NCBI RefSeq assembly: GCF_964355755.1
Contig: NC_092679.1
Coordinates: 4,866,201 to 4,930,200, forward strand
Reading direction: 5' to 3'
DNA from: Antedon mediterranea
Lineage: Eukaryota > Animalia > Echinodermata
Length of the DNA stretch: 64,000 nt
Shown here piece by piece: positions 35,501 through 49,135 of the stretch. The translations under genes were made by a program, and so were the position numbers. The notes beneath the pieces were generated by a model. That model saw nothing but the letters and a program-made list of their open reading frames with translations, had not been told where the DNA came from and did no database searches. Numbering within the stretch: position 1 is the stretch's first letter; every line of letters begins with the position of its first letter.

Positions 35501-38500
35501 GTCAAGCACGTTGTAGAGGGCAGTATTGCTGAAAATTCTCAAGTTATATTCCAAGGCAAGTATGAGGTTTCTGTGATAAAATAAAACTTAAGAAATAACA
35601 CGATTGCGCTTCTGTATTCCAAAGTATGATGTACATTTCATGTACTTTTTTAGAGACATTGTTTTATAACAATTCATTATGATGTTCAGTTTATTGAACA
35701 CTTTCCAGGCAATTCGTTTGGAAATTGCTGTCGAAAAGCTAATGGTTCCCACCAGGTCACGACGCAACGCAAATTATTTGACCAATCACTATGATAATTG
35801 TCAAGTTGCGCGCGCGTACATCCTTGTGTTGCGTCCTTTAGTGGAAACCAAGTACTGTAACAGATCATCCGAACTGTCCCAATGTTATTGATTAAATTAT
35901 AGGGCCTACAAGCTTTAATATTACAGACAGTTATTAAATAACATTTTTTTGTTTTTATAGGTGATCAAATATTGAGTGCTACAATACATTTTGAGGAAAT
36001 ATCCTACCCAGATGCCCTCAGTATTCTACAACTATCGGCAAAATACAAATTTGAACTTCATCTACAAGGTTCACCAACACCACCAGCAACTGAATTCAAT
36101 CAGCCACAAGCGTTTGAAACTATCCCAGAGCGTCCACTGGAGACGCCTATGATACCAGAACTGTTTGTAAATGCTGAAAGCCCATCAGAGTTACCTGAAG
36201 GAAATACGCTAAGACAGGCTAGCTCTTTACCGACTATCTATGAGCCTCAGTCTAAATTGAATAAACTTGTGCCTTTTGAAAGGACAACTTCATTACCAAA
36301 GTCTGTGGCAATAACTCACCATAAGCCTGCCAGTTCAATAGATAGTGGTGCTGTTTTTAATGACAATGACGCAGAAATTCAACTCGTGACATCTTCAATA
36401 AACTCAATAGTAGATTCTGATTCAGATGACGTCATTGACTTTTCAGAGCCAATAAATGCACTTAACCCTGACCTCACGCATTCACGTAACGAGTCCGATA
36501 CACCAGGATCTATACAAAGCCTTTCAATTTTTGATTACAGAACTCCGTCGGTGTTAAGTAACGAATCAAGTGAAATAATATTACCTACAGAAAGTACATC
36601 TTCACTTGGATCAAATACTGAAATTAATTCTTTAACACCGACTGATCATTCAGCTACAGAAGAAGATATTGATACAATTGACGAATTACCTTTTGAACTC
36701 AGAGAACGAATATCTATTCCACGTAGCCAGAGAAGCTCAATCAATTCGTATATACCCGCTGATCTTGGTGATTTTGTTAGCGAATTCGAATTGGAAATGA
36801 GTTTGATTAGTTCAAATAACAGTGAAAATGAAGTGTTTTTTTCCAAATATAATGAAAGTCGTGAAGAAGTCGACGAAGATGCTGCAACCTTAAATTCTAT
36901 AAAACTTGTTGATGAACAAAGCATTGATAAGAAAACAAACAATAGTGAAGATATAGGAGATCTTGCAGCTGCCATCCTCGATTGTAAATCCACTAATAAT
37001 ACAGATAAAGAAGACAAGAAACGTTACTCTTCCACTCCTATTTCGAAAGATACAGGAGTGAACAACGATAATGTTGTAAATAGTGGAAATGTATTATCAA
37101 ATACTTCGAATAGCAATAAAGAAAAATATGCTTCCGACGATATGTTAGCTGATACAAACATAAGATCTTCTTTATTTGATGAAGTTAATGGTAATAACAA
37201 AGACAACATTGGACATGACAGTTCTGAAATCAAACACCCGGTGGACAAACCAAAAGCAAGGGTAACGTTTTCTCTAGACAGAAATACAGAGAAACATTAT
37301 CCGAAAAAGAAATCTGGATTTGGATTTCATTTACCAAAGCTTGGTCGAAAACATTCGCCAAAGGATAAAATTAGAAAACAGACAGAAGAAACTGCAATGG
37401 CGGATAAAGCGACAGAGAATGTGGCGAGTGTAAGTGATGTCTTTGATGTTAAGACTTCTGGACTTGAGAATTTCAGTGAGGGCGTTGATACGCCAGATAC
37501 AATTGTAACAAGTACAGTACAAACGGAGGCCAATGCGCCAACCACCGTTGTCAATACTGCAGAAGGAGAGGTTGTTGTAACTTTGCGTTCAAAAAAGAAA
37601 GATAGTTCTCTCACCAGAAAAGTAAGCAGTCTTCTTCGGAATTCGTTTGGAAGTCGACTCTCAAAAGCAGAGATTAATTCAGATAGCAGCTCTGACGAAG
37701 ATGTCAATCCAGATGTTAAAATTGAAAATGAACCTGTTGAAGTAAAGAAAACTCATTCCTTAAACTTTTTAAAAAGAATGTCTAAAAATCTGGACGTGGA
37801 AGCTAGTGAAAGTATTCCTGTAAATAATAAGCAAGCGAAAGAAAGAAAGAAAGTAACTGTTGATAAACTTGACAGCAATATTCAAGAAAAAGATGTGGCA
37901 AGTGAACCCCATGGTGCGCATGTACTGGGGATGTCAGTTGACGACAACGAAGAAATGCAACAAAAGCTCGAATCTTTAAAAATAACAAAGTCTGGTAGTC
38001 TTGGTAGAGCACTGAATGTTTTTAAACCAAAACGTCAGACACGATTTGCTGCCGATATGTTTGATACTGACGAGGATTCTAAATCGTTACCTGGAACTCT
38101 ACGAAAAAGCACAGGTGAGTTCCAAGCATTAGAAGCTGCCATATTGTCTGGTTCCATTGACGATATTCTATCACCGATTACAAATTTAGAAACCTATGAA
38201 GAAAATGAAAAGGCTGCCGTTGACGAAAACGTGGAATTAGACTTTAAAGAGAAACACGAACCAAGCGAACAGAATAAGTTTATTGACACAAATGAAACTG
38301 CGACGAGTGAACAAATATCATCTGAAAACACGTCTAATAGTAACATTGATACAGCCTTAGAAAATGATTTCGTACTTGCCATAGAAGACTCACAGGATTA
38401 TAATACGGTCAACAAAACTGAGGATGAAATTGTTCATGATCTGGCCGTACACGCCATTGAATCAGCTATTGCTGAAACTAAAATTGATCATAAGAATAGA

Positions 38501-41500
38501 AGTTTTGAGTTAGGAGCGAAGGAAGAAATTACGGCTATGAAAGAACAGCACAGTATGTCAAGGATGGATTTCTTTGGAGTATCATACAGTGACCCTTCAA
38601 ATGACCCAGTATCACCAAAGTCGGATGTCAATTCGAATGATCTGGAAGTTACAAGTGACTTTGAATTCGGTATACAAGCTGCAGGTGACAGTAAAGTTAA
38701 GCACAAAGAGGAAAGTAGGAATGATAACAGTAACACTAACAATAGTAATGACGGTTCTAGCAATAGCAGTAACGATGGTAACAGTGGTAGCAATAACGAT
38801 AATAACCATGGTAGCAGTAACCATGGTAGCAGTAACGATAGTAACAGTGGTAGCAGTAACGATAGTAACAGTGGTAGCAGTAACGATGGAAACAGTAATA
38901 ATAATAATAACAACAACAACAATAACAGCAAAGAAAAAGCGTCCAATGAAAACACGAACGACGAAGAGAAAGAAGAAGTCAAACCTCACAAAATTAAAAA
39001 TAAGGATACCAACGTATTTAATTTAAATAATAATGCAAATGAGAATGAAAATACAACAGATGATACCAATGCTAGTGGTGCAACAAAACAGTCAAAGGGT
39101 AAAGACAAACAAAAGAAAGCGAAAAACAAACGAAAACCTGACGAAGGGAAATTGCCAATTCCAAGTAATCTTACATCTTCTAGTCCAGTTGATGATCAAC
39201 CAGCAATTGTTTTGAAACAAGATGTAAAAAAACAGAAGAGAGGTGGATTTGGAAAGTTATTTGGAAGAAAAAAAAATAAACGCCCTCCTCCAATAGGCGA
39301 GAATGAAGAAGTACATCAGTTTACGTCTGAAGAAGCTGTTAGTTCATTTGAGGACACGGCAACCGGTGATGCATCTTCATCGGCGAGTGGCACTGATAGC
39401 ATAGATTCTAGTTCAACTAAAATAGATGGGCAAAACAACGGTGGTAAATCAAATGGTAAAAAGAGAAGAGCTCCGAAACCACCAATAACGGAAGAAACAC
39501 CGACTCCAACAACACCGGAGAAAAATGAAGATTCGCCATCTAAAGACAGACATATCTATTATAAACAACGATCATTGGATATGCCTGATAATGGCCAGCA
39601 AACACCAACAAAAACCTGCACCAAAACGTATACGCCACCAATACAGAAGAAAATATTAATGAAGAAATCATCAGCACCATTGCCACATGAAAGTGACATG
39701 ACCAACTCGCATTCATTACCAAATCTAAGCAATATAAGCTGTTCTTCAGATCAGGGTGTATTTGATATGTCAGCTTCGATCCACAGTAATGAGGATAGAT
39801 CTCTATCTGGCAGTGGATCGAATCTGTCGCAGCTTTCGGTTGAGGTAAAGAAACTTCCGCTTCCAAAAGGAGCGGCACCACCAAAACCAAAACGCCGCCA
39901 ATCTTCAGATATTCATGACGATAATACAGCGGATGTGAGTGAAACTGATGTTATTACAACACCAATGTCGGACGTTTTCAGTGACAATGATTCGCTACTT
40001 TCGGAGATATCACGGTCACTTAGCTCGCCTGAAATGATGAGGTCTGACGTATTTGATAATGATGATACCAAAACAAATGACACAACATATCAAAAGGATA
40101 AGGAAACACCAAAAATAGATAAGAAAAGTGATGTTCCACCTGAGAAGAAGGATAACGATGGAGATACACGCGTTGAAGAAAGGAAGAAACAGACGATAAA
40201 ACATGAAAACGACAAAACCGTTAAGTTAAATACCCCTCAAGTTAATACAAAGATAATTTCTCCAACTATAGAAGAGGAAAGTCAACCCGGACTTCAGACG
40301 TTTTTGCGTACAGGCCAGGCAACTAACGATGCCTTGAAATTTAAACAATCTACTGAAGTGAAAACATTGATGCAGAAGCTGTTAACGAGAGAGGATAAAG
40401 AATTAACTGAAAAGAAATCTGAAACCACTGAAAGCAAGTCCGTGAAAAAGAAGAAAGAAATAAAGTTGCAAAGAACATATGCCTTGGACAATGTAACCAC
40501 ACCATCGCCTTCAGAAACTGAGAAGAAATTAACGTTGGACAAGGACACGCCGCCTTCAAAAATACTTGGTACTTTACGGAGTTCTAGTCAGGAGATTGAT
40601 ATTGAAACTGATGCAGAACCTATTGAAGACAGCAAGCCTATAGTTAGTCCGACTGGTTCGAGGCTGAAGAAAAGGCTTTCTGCATCTCAACTTATATCTT
40701 TAGATGGAGATAGTAAACAACCTCGATCTAAGCCAAAAAGTCGTACGGTATCATTTGATGACACAACGGAAGTAATCCCGGATAACGGCTATATAGAAGA
40801 GCCTGAACGACCCGGAGAGCAAACAGATGAGAAAGTAGAAACAGTTACCAATACTAAAGCACAAGTTACATCTCATGAGCCCATGCAATTTCAAGAAACT
40901 CAGAAACCGAAAACAGATACAAAAGAGGATGATGCCAAACAAAACACTACAACAACTTTCAGATCGAAGAGGCCCGTAAGTCTGTATGATAAATATGCAG
41001 CAACACCACGAATAAAGAAATCAAATAGCAGTGTCGGTGCAGAAATTGTCTCACAAACGACGCAGGAAGAGTCGAAAGAAGAACTTAGTGAACTAGCATC
41101 GTTAAGTGTAGTGAAGTCATACGCCAGTATGTTTGGTCAATCGAAAGCAACATCGAAGTGGAAAAAAACTGCTGGTGTCGGATATTACAAAGATGTACAA
41201 AGCAAACCAGAATCTGAAGATCATGGTTTGAAGCACACTGATGAACTGGCACATGTTAAACTTAAATCTACAAATGTTTTACAGGCATTGATCAAAGAAG
41301 ATATTCCTGACACTAAACCGACTGAAGTCACCTTACCATTATTGAAGCTGGACAAACAAAAACTTGAAACTCTTGAACCAAAGAAAACTCAAGCGACAGC
41401 AGTGAAAAAGACGGAAGTTAAAGAACCAGCCAAGACTACGACACAGCCATCATGGATGGATGCAGTGAAAGCAGCAAAGGCTGCACGTAAAGAAAAGGAG

Positions 41501-43474
41501 AAAGAAGGAAGACCTCAACCAGTTAAATGGAGCGACAGTGACATTCCAGACTTTTCCAGTCTTATCAATATTAGAAAGAACAAAGTACGATCAACCTATG
41601 GCGTACCAGATGAGGAGAATAACACAACAGTTTTCGACTCCACTGTCGACAAAAATACTACTGTACCAGTATCTAATGCAGAGAACGTTGATGTTATGGG
41701 ACTGTTGGCTAGTAGAAAGAAAACCCGCCTTTCTACTTATGAAGAAACAGATGATGTTAAAAATCCGGAACAATTTATAAAACCAAAAAAGTCGTCGATA
41801 ACTGAAGCAAGTCCGTCAAAGATAGATGTCAAAAATGATCATAGCAAAGAAGATAAATCAGAACCTATCGAAGAGGTATGTATTAAGGAAATCGATCAGA
41901 AAATAGAAAGCATAGCCAGTGCATCTAGTAGTGATACCGATAAGGACACTAACAATTGTTCTGATATCGCCTCTAGTCCCGTTTCGGACGACAGTTGTCC
42001 ACAAACAAGACCAACACGCAGCTTGACAAACAGTACTATTTTAACAACAAGTGAAAAGAAAACTATAGATAATGTCAAACAAGAACTCACAGACTCAGCG
42101 AAACCGATGAGAAAACGATCAGATACAACTGGTGATGAAACCCCGTCTGTTTTTGCTGTAATTAAAAACAGACTGAATGAAATAAGCCTTAGTAATAGTG
42201 ATGACAGGGAGGAAAAACTTAGGAAGATTCGTGAACGAACACAATTAATATTAGCTGGATTCAATTCGAAAAAAGATAAAGACCAACAAGAGAAGTCGTC
42301 AGCAGACGACTCCGTCATTAAGAGAGAAACGCTTTCACAAGAACAGAAACAACGGAGAAAGACTATACAATCAGTACCTATGTCTATACAATCTGAACTG
42401 CAGATGAGAGATATAAATGTCAGTAGTACAGCCAGTGAAGATACACTGGAACCTGACAGTGAATCGCAGCAAGAATTTCAATTAAAAGAAATTACTCCGG
42501 AAAAGAAGGTGAATCGTAAGAAAATGTTGAAATCGTATGCTCAGCAAAAAATACTACAAATCGAGACTTCAGGAAATGACGCTTCAGATGAGGATGACTC
42601 TGTTGTTGAAGTTGAAAGGTCAACTAAATCCTCAACACCACAACGATCATCGTCAATTAAGGCGCGCGATAGAAACAGCGCGCGCAGTATAACTTCAAAC
42701 GATTATTATAGAGTTGCTGAATCAAGAAGTAGTGGGTATAACTCTTTCTCTGATATCGGAAGCCCAACTTATACTAGTAGTTCGATAGAATACGAAGAAG
42801 AAAAACGCGATAGTACAATACGAAGAATAAAATCAATGACACACGATGAGCTTCAAAACTTTGTGTTGAAACAACAAAGAGAAATGCAAGAACTGCGAAG
42901 AGAAATTAAAGAATCGGCAAAAAAGAAACCAGAACCGGAAATTTCAAATTCGATTGAAGCATCAAGTTCTAAATCTGAAACGAGGTCTAGGGAATCATCT
43001 GTATCACAGCAACCTCAAATGCCTATGATGTTTATTCCACCGGGAATGTTTATGATGCCGGGAATGTTTCAACAACCAGGAATAGCAAATCAAATGACGC
43101 AACAACAACCAATCATGCCACAACCGCATTCAACCATGATGCATCAACCAACTACCATAACACAACCACACGCAATGCCTACAGGTTCTATGCAACCAGC
43201 AACTGGAATGCCATCGCAACCAGGTCTTGGTATGATGCCGCAGATGGTATCAGGGATGGTACAGCAACCACAGCTTCAGGGAATGGCAGATCCTGCGATG
43301 ATGCCTCTTCTATACCAACAGCAGCAAATGATGCAGTATCTTTTGCAGACCAATCAAACTGGTGGTGTTCCAGCTGCTACTAGTAAACAGACGATTCAGG
43401 GAGTAGGCGGCTATTTACAGAATGAACAGACTGCTACTGAACCCGTTCCTAATACTACATTTAAACACGTTTAG
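29504..43474 (+). CDS. Giant (~2614 aa) AHNAK/AHNAK2/periaxin-family PDZ protein with a long disordered tail
   Basis: Exons 29504-29540 (MGNSCCVGHQRK, phase 1), 35003-35091, 35351-35555 (LGVHIAGSIEKGIFVKHVVEGSIAENSQVIFQ, GC donor) and 35961-43474 (GDQILSATIHFEEISYPDALSILQLSAKYKFELHLQ...). The PDZ matches the periaxin/AHNAK2 signature GIFV...EGDQLLS...FFEN.KYEDAL..LQ...YK. The 7.5-kb exon is fully open. The first exon is the least certain. Confidence 0.85.
32412..33026. repeat. ~204-bp tandem triplication in intron 1 of the PDZ gene
   Basis: Units start aagtttagtttgtgctatc at 32412, 32616 and 32821 and are nearly identical. Confidence 0.95.
38720..38930 (+). repeat. Coding low-complexity Asn/Ser/Gly/Asp tract
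   Basis: Repeats of agtaacgatagtaacagtggtagc and (AAT/AAC)n encoding NDSNSGSS...NNNNNNNNNN. Confidence 0.9.
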
Positions 43475-45084
43475 AAAATGTCGATGTGTCTAACTACACT
43501 GTGTGTTTAACACTTTAATGTGAAGCAAATAATGTTGAAATATCTTATATTTCCATGGAGTTTGTGATCGAAGTAAAGAACTTGTGTATTTGTAATACCG
43601 AATGTTTATAGGATTATAAATCCTTCATTATTTCAGTAAAATTACCCCGGCGTCAAATATTGGTTTATGCTTTACACAGGGTAAAATAGTCTACCTCATT
43701 AAGCAATAATTATTTAAACTTTTGATTTTGACGATTTTATTTACTAAAGGCCTGTTCACACCAGACGTGTGCGCCACCGGTAAAACTATTATGATGCCCG
43801 TATGTTTCTCATCTAAACGTGCGAGTAAGGTTTTTTTCTGTAATATTCAGATATGAAATCTTTTATAAAAGTTGGAAGCTGTATTTTTGTATTAAATATG
43901 TGATTTAACCAAATATTATTAATAATCAGATTATTTTTTTGTAATGAATAATGCTGAAATAGGCATAGATGTATGGACATCAATAGAGGTATATTATAAT
44001 CAGTTTTCAAAATGATAAAGGAATAATTTCGAATGAGTCAAATTATTCTACTACCGTATATATTCGATTGAACTCAGATGACCTTTAGTTATATCTATAT
44101 ATTTTCACGTTATAGAAAACGTTTTTTTTTTACGTTTATGAAAAATCATAGTTATCAATATAATATCTATGGTATTTACGTATTGGCAACGTTTTGGAAA
44201 CCGGATATTTTTTATATTATTATTATTATTAGGCTAAGCTTGTCATTGAAAAAAAAACCCATGAGAATTTAAATTATATATTTGTTTTATATATGTATAT
44301 TATTTGAATATTATTTAATTGTCTGAACTGACACAGTAATTCAAGTCAAGAAAAGTCTTTCTATGCCGCTTAATACCGTAGTCTCACGCGTAACATCAAC
44401 AGAAAGATAAATTATTCATTATTTTCGTTAGGAGACAGTACAGTCCGTAATAACCCCTTTCAGCATTATAATTACCCTTTGAAATAAATAGTGTAGCATT
44501 ATATAATAATAATACAGGAAACTATGTATATTTTGTATAGAATGTAAATGCTTTTTATGCATTTATTTTTAGATAGTAAAAATAATATACAGTACGTTAA
44601 ATTTCAAACCAATATCGATAAAGTACATAATTATATTGATATATATTTTTGGTAATTGCTTTTGCTAGCAAGGTTGTATTTTCATAATGTAATAATGTAT
44701 AATTAAAAAGCCATGAATTATACCACTCTTCGCTGAATATTGAATTAGTTCGGGTGCATTGAAAGGCTGAATTTATTTTAGTATTTATTTATTTATTTTG
44801 TTTATATTTTATTCTACAGCTCACTATGTTGGTTGGTCGGTTGGTCGGTCGGTAAACACTAACTCAGATTTGAGCACGCGACTATGGTCTTAAATCTTTG
44901 TTCTTCACTCATATCACATTGTGATATTTATTTATCACCTTTTGAAACTTAAAATTAGGCCTACCTTAATTTCTGAGGAATAATGTCAGAGTATCCATTT
45001 TGTTGGAGACATCTGATAGGTAGGAAAGATAATGTAAATTCTCGTTATTAAATTTAAAAACAATGTTCGCTTTTAATTGAGGGT

Positions 45085-45430
45085 TTGAACGTGTTCAGTG
45101 TAAGTGTCGCGTTTGGTCTGATTGGTTGAACGCGGTTTGTCTGAGTGTTTCAACGTGTTCGGTGTGAGTGTTTGAACGCGTTCTGTCCGAGTGTTTAACG
45201 CGTTTGGTCTGAATGTTTTAACGCGTTTCTTCCGAGTGTTTAACGCGTTTGGTCTGTTTGTTTGAACGCGTTTGGTCTGAGTGTTTAACGTGTTTTATCT
45301 GAGTGTCTGAACGCGTTTGGTCTGAGTGTTTTAACGCATTTGGTCCGAGTTTTCAACGTGTTTGGTCTGATTGTTTGAACGCGTTTGGTCTGAGTGTTTA
45401 ACGCGTTTGGGTTGTGTGTTTAAACACGTG
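45085..45430. repeat. ~21-22-bp degenerate minisatellite
   Basis: (aacgcgtttggtctgagtgttt)n. Confidence 0.9.
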
Positions 45431-46856
45431 CGTTATGTCATTGACATTTTGTTCTCGTTTTTCGTCCTTGATAGATCAATATTAGTTTTTTAATATCATC
45501 CATAAAATGATAATGGATATTAAAATTGTAACTAGATTATACACATCACATTTTATAGTCCTACTAGTTATAATGAAATCTTGTTTTATAATGGTTTTAG
45601 AGTAATTATAAGTGCGCATTCTTGCGTTTTGTCTGAATATTTAAACGCATACGTCGTGTCATCATCATAATTTTCCAGTATAAAGCGATAATATATTTTG
45701 AAATGACAACGATACTAAATACTGTATTACTGGTTTGCATATTACAGTTTACCCTTAGACACAATAGCAGAATTAATTAATTTCACAGTAGACCTACCTG
45801 CGTCTGTGCAGGTGTACAGGGACCTTTTTGTGACGAGCGAAGAAGCATCAAATGATGCGAACATGTTATGTTCATATAGGCCTAGAACATAACGATAAAC
45901 ATGCATTTGAGAAGTAAGTTAATATACTCCGTCTCTGAATGACACAACATACGTTCAATGCTATGTCTGCTGCTGACAGACGGTATGTAAGAATTTAATG
46001 ACTTTTTGGAACATAGGCCAAATATTTCAGTTGTTTGATATAATGTAAACGAACGTTAAAACATAAATTGAATATATCACATACATATGTATGTTTCACA
46101 TTCAAGACGTATTTTCTTCCTACATCAACTAAATTATAAAAAAAAACACTCATATTTTGTCACTGATAAAATATACTTTGAATTTGTTCACTGAGCGGCG
46201 ACAAAAATATGACGTATAATAACCTAATGCATTTTGAATTTTAAAATGTCATTCTAAAGTGTAACCTATTAAGATTTTTGAAATGCTATAGCAGTATTAT
46301 TCATAATTGCACATTAGGAATTCGCTGTTTCTGGTTGCACACATAAAACACCTTCGATCCTCCTTAGAGCATTAATCTTTTCGTATTGATGGAGGAAGCG
46401 TAAAAGATTATACATCTTGCCTAATGCAATTTCACCATTTAAGCATCGTAATTTTAAAACACATTTGTTGGGTTTTTCACCTTGGAATTTTTAAAAAAAC
46501 ATTGCCAGTACTGTATTGTTACTTCATAATCGATTCTTTACTGTACCGTATTCTCTATCGTTAAACATCTTCAATTTCGTAGAGATATGAATAGGCCTAT
46601 GCAAATTTATTTTCTCCATAGTAACACTCTACCTTAGTAATTATATTATTATATATACATGATGATTTTAATTTCATATTGTCATATATTACTCTTTGGA
46701 GGTCATACGGTCATGTTTGTATGGCTCTTCAATTTAAATTTAATTAATTATTTATTCATACAATTTGTTCTTACTGGTTATAGGCCTAATAACCAGACTA
46801 TAATTACTATATGCAATAATCTTTAGAAATTGATTATTCAATCAAGCAAATAGACA

Positions 46857-48130
46857 TGTTACGCGTCTCCTCTTAATTAACACGTCTAGATATAAACACG
46901 TACGTATTTTACTAACATATAATGTTACGCGTGTTCCCTTAATTAACGCGTCTAGATATAAACACGTACGTATTTTACTAACATGTCATGTTACCCGTGT
47001 CCCCTTAATTAACGCATCTAGATATAAACACGTACGTATTTTACTAAGATATAATGTTACGCGTGTCCCCTTAATTAACGCGTATAGATATAAACACGTA
47101 CGTATTTTACTAACATGTCATGTTACGCGTGTCCCCTTAATTAACGCGTCTAGATATAAACACGTACGTATTTTACTAACATATAATGTTACGCGTGTCC
47201 CCTTAATTAACGCGTCTAGATATAAACACGTACGTATTTTACTAACATGTCATGTTACTCGTGTCCCCTCAATTAACGCGTGTAGATATAAACACGTACG
47301 TATTTTACTAGCATGTCATGTTACGCGTGTCACCTTAAATAACGCGTCTAGATATAAACACGTACATATTTTACTAACATGTCATGTTACTCGTGTCCCC
47401 TCAATTAACGCGTGTAGATATAAAAACGTACGTATTTTACTAGCATGTCATGTTACGCGTGTCCCCTTAATTAACGCGTCTAGATATAAACACGTACGTA
47501 TTTTACTAACATAATGTTACGCGTGTCCCCTTAATTAACGCGTCTAGATATAAACACGTACGTATTTTACTAACATGTCATGTTACTCGTGTCCCCTCAA
47601 TTAACGCGTGTAGATATAAACATGTACGTATTTTACTAGCATGTCATGTTACGCGTGTGACCTTAAATAACGCGTCTAGATATAAACACGTACATATTTT
47701 ACTAACATGTCATGTTACCCGTGTCCCCTTAATTAACGCGTCTAGATATAAACACGTACGTGTTTTACTAGCATGTCATGTTACGCGTGTCACCTTAAAT
47801 AACGCGTCTAGATATAATAAACACGTACGTATTTTACTAAAATGTAATGTTACGCGTGTCTCCTTAATTAACGCGTCTAGATATAAAAACGTACGTATTT
47901 TATTAACATTTCACATGTTACGCGTGGCCCTATAATTAACGCGTCTATAGATATAAACAAATACGTATTTACTAACATGACATGTTACGCGTGTCCCCTT
48001 AATTAACGCGTCTATAGATATAAACAAATACGTATTTTACTAACATTTCACGTGTTACGCGTTTCCCTATAATTTTAACAAAAATACGTACGCATTTTTC
48101 TAACATGTTACATATTACGCGTGTACCCTT
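46857..48130. repeat. 66-bp palindrome-rich satellite, ~19 units
   Basis: Unit tgttACGCGTgtcccCTTAATTAACGCGTCTAGAtataaacACGTACGTattttactaACATGTca; period of 66 measured at 46861, 46927 and 46993. Confidence 0.95.
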
Positions 48131-49135
48131 AAACGAGTCTAAATGTAACCGCGTAGGCCTACATATTTTATAACGTGTCACATGGTGTGTGTGTGTGTGT
48201 CTCTCTTTGATTTACACGTCTAGTTATATAATGAGTGCGTTCGTTTATCAAGATTTTATAAGCATTATACGTCGTTTGAATTTGTTTTAGTCGTTCAATT
48301 TATAAAATTGCCTCTTTAAATGTTTATTGCACTGCAAGTCATTCTCCGTAGAAACATTGATGATCACGTGGGGGAAATTATGCATTAATAAGTGTAAGCC
48401 GTTATGCATAACGTCATTTTAAGACAAGTACTCCACAAACACGATGCGGAGAGAGACGTCGCATAGTTGATTGGTGAGTTAGATGGTTATAGCTGTTTCT
48501 GTTTTATATTTTAATTTTTTATATATGAACAAATTGTACATACGCGTATTGTATATTTTTGCTATTTATGTACATCATATTCTTATGAATAAGTAAATGT
48601 TGATGTTATTATTGGTGTCCAGAAAATAAATTTCTCTATGAGATCAATATCATTTTTACTGATAGTAATATTTTATTACTTAATTATAATAAAAAACTTT
48701 ATATCGAAAGTTGTTAAACGTTGATATTTTAATATTTATTCGTGTAAATTTAGTGTTATTCAACGTTTTTAATTGTATTGAATAAGCAGTAAGTGAAATA
48801 TATTATTCAACGGATTAACTTCTCACCTGATGTAGAATGTAGAATAATAACCTATGCTCTGCATTGTCCGTCTTACTACCCTATGCCATTTTATAGCAAA
48901 CATTATCTTGAAATGTTTACCAATATCCGAATATGTATGCATAAAGTCGTGGATGTATAATATGCGGGCATTCCAGTTATCAATCAATCATCATCCTAAT
49001 CAAGGAAGACCTATGGACTGTAACAAATGTGTATAGTCAATATTAAATTGTGAATGTATATTGATATTTATCAAATGTTTACTTCAAGTGATATTTATTT
49101 AATGTTAGGTCTAGCTGTTAGAAAAAGTGAAGACG

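Noticed and set aside
36646-42318. Many minus-strand and alternative-frame ORFs over the giant exon, including the poly-Leu 164-aa ORF
   Set aside because: Shadow ORFs produced by codon bias and low complexity of the + strand CDS.
43460-43474. Class I PDZ-binding motif at the giant protein C-terminus (TFKHV)
   Set aside because: Position -2 is Lys, not Ser/Thr or a hydrophobic residue.
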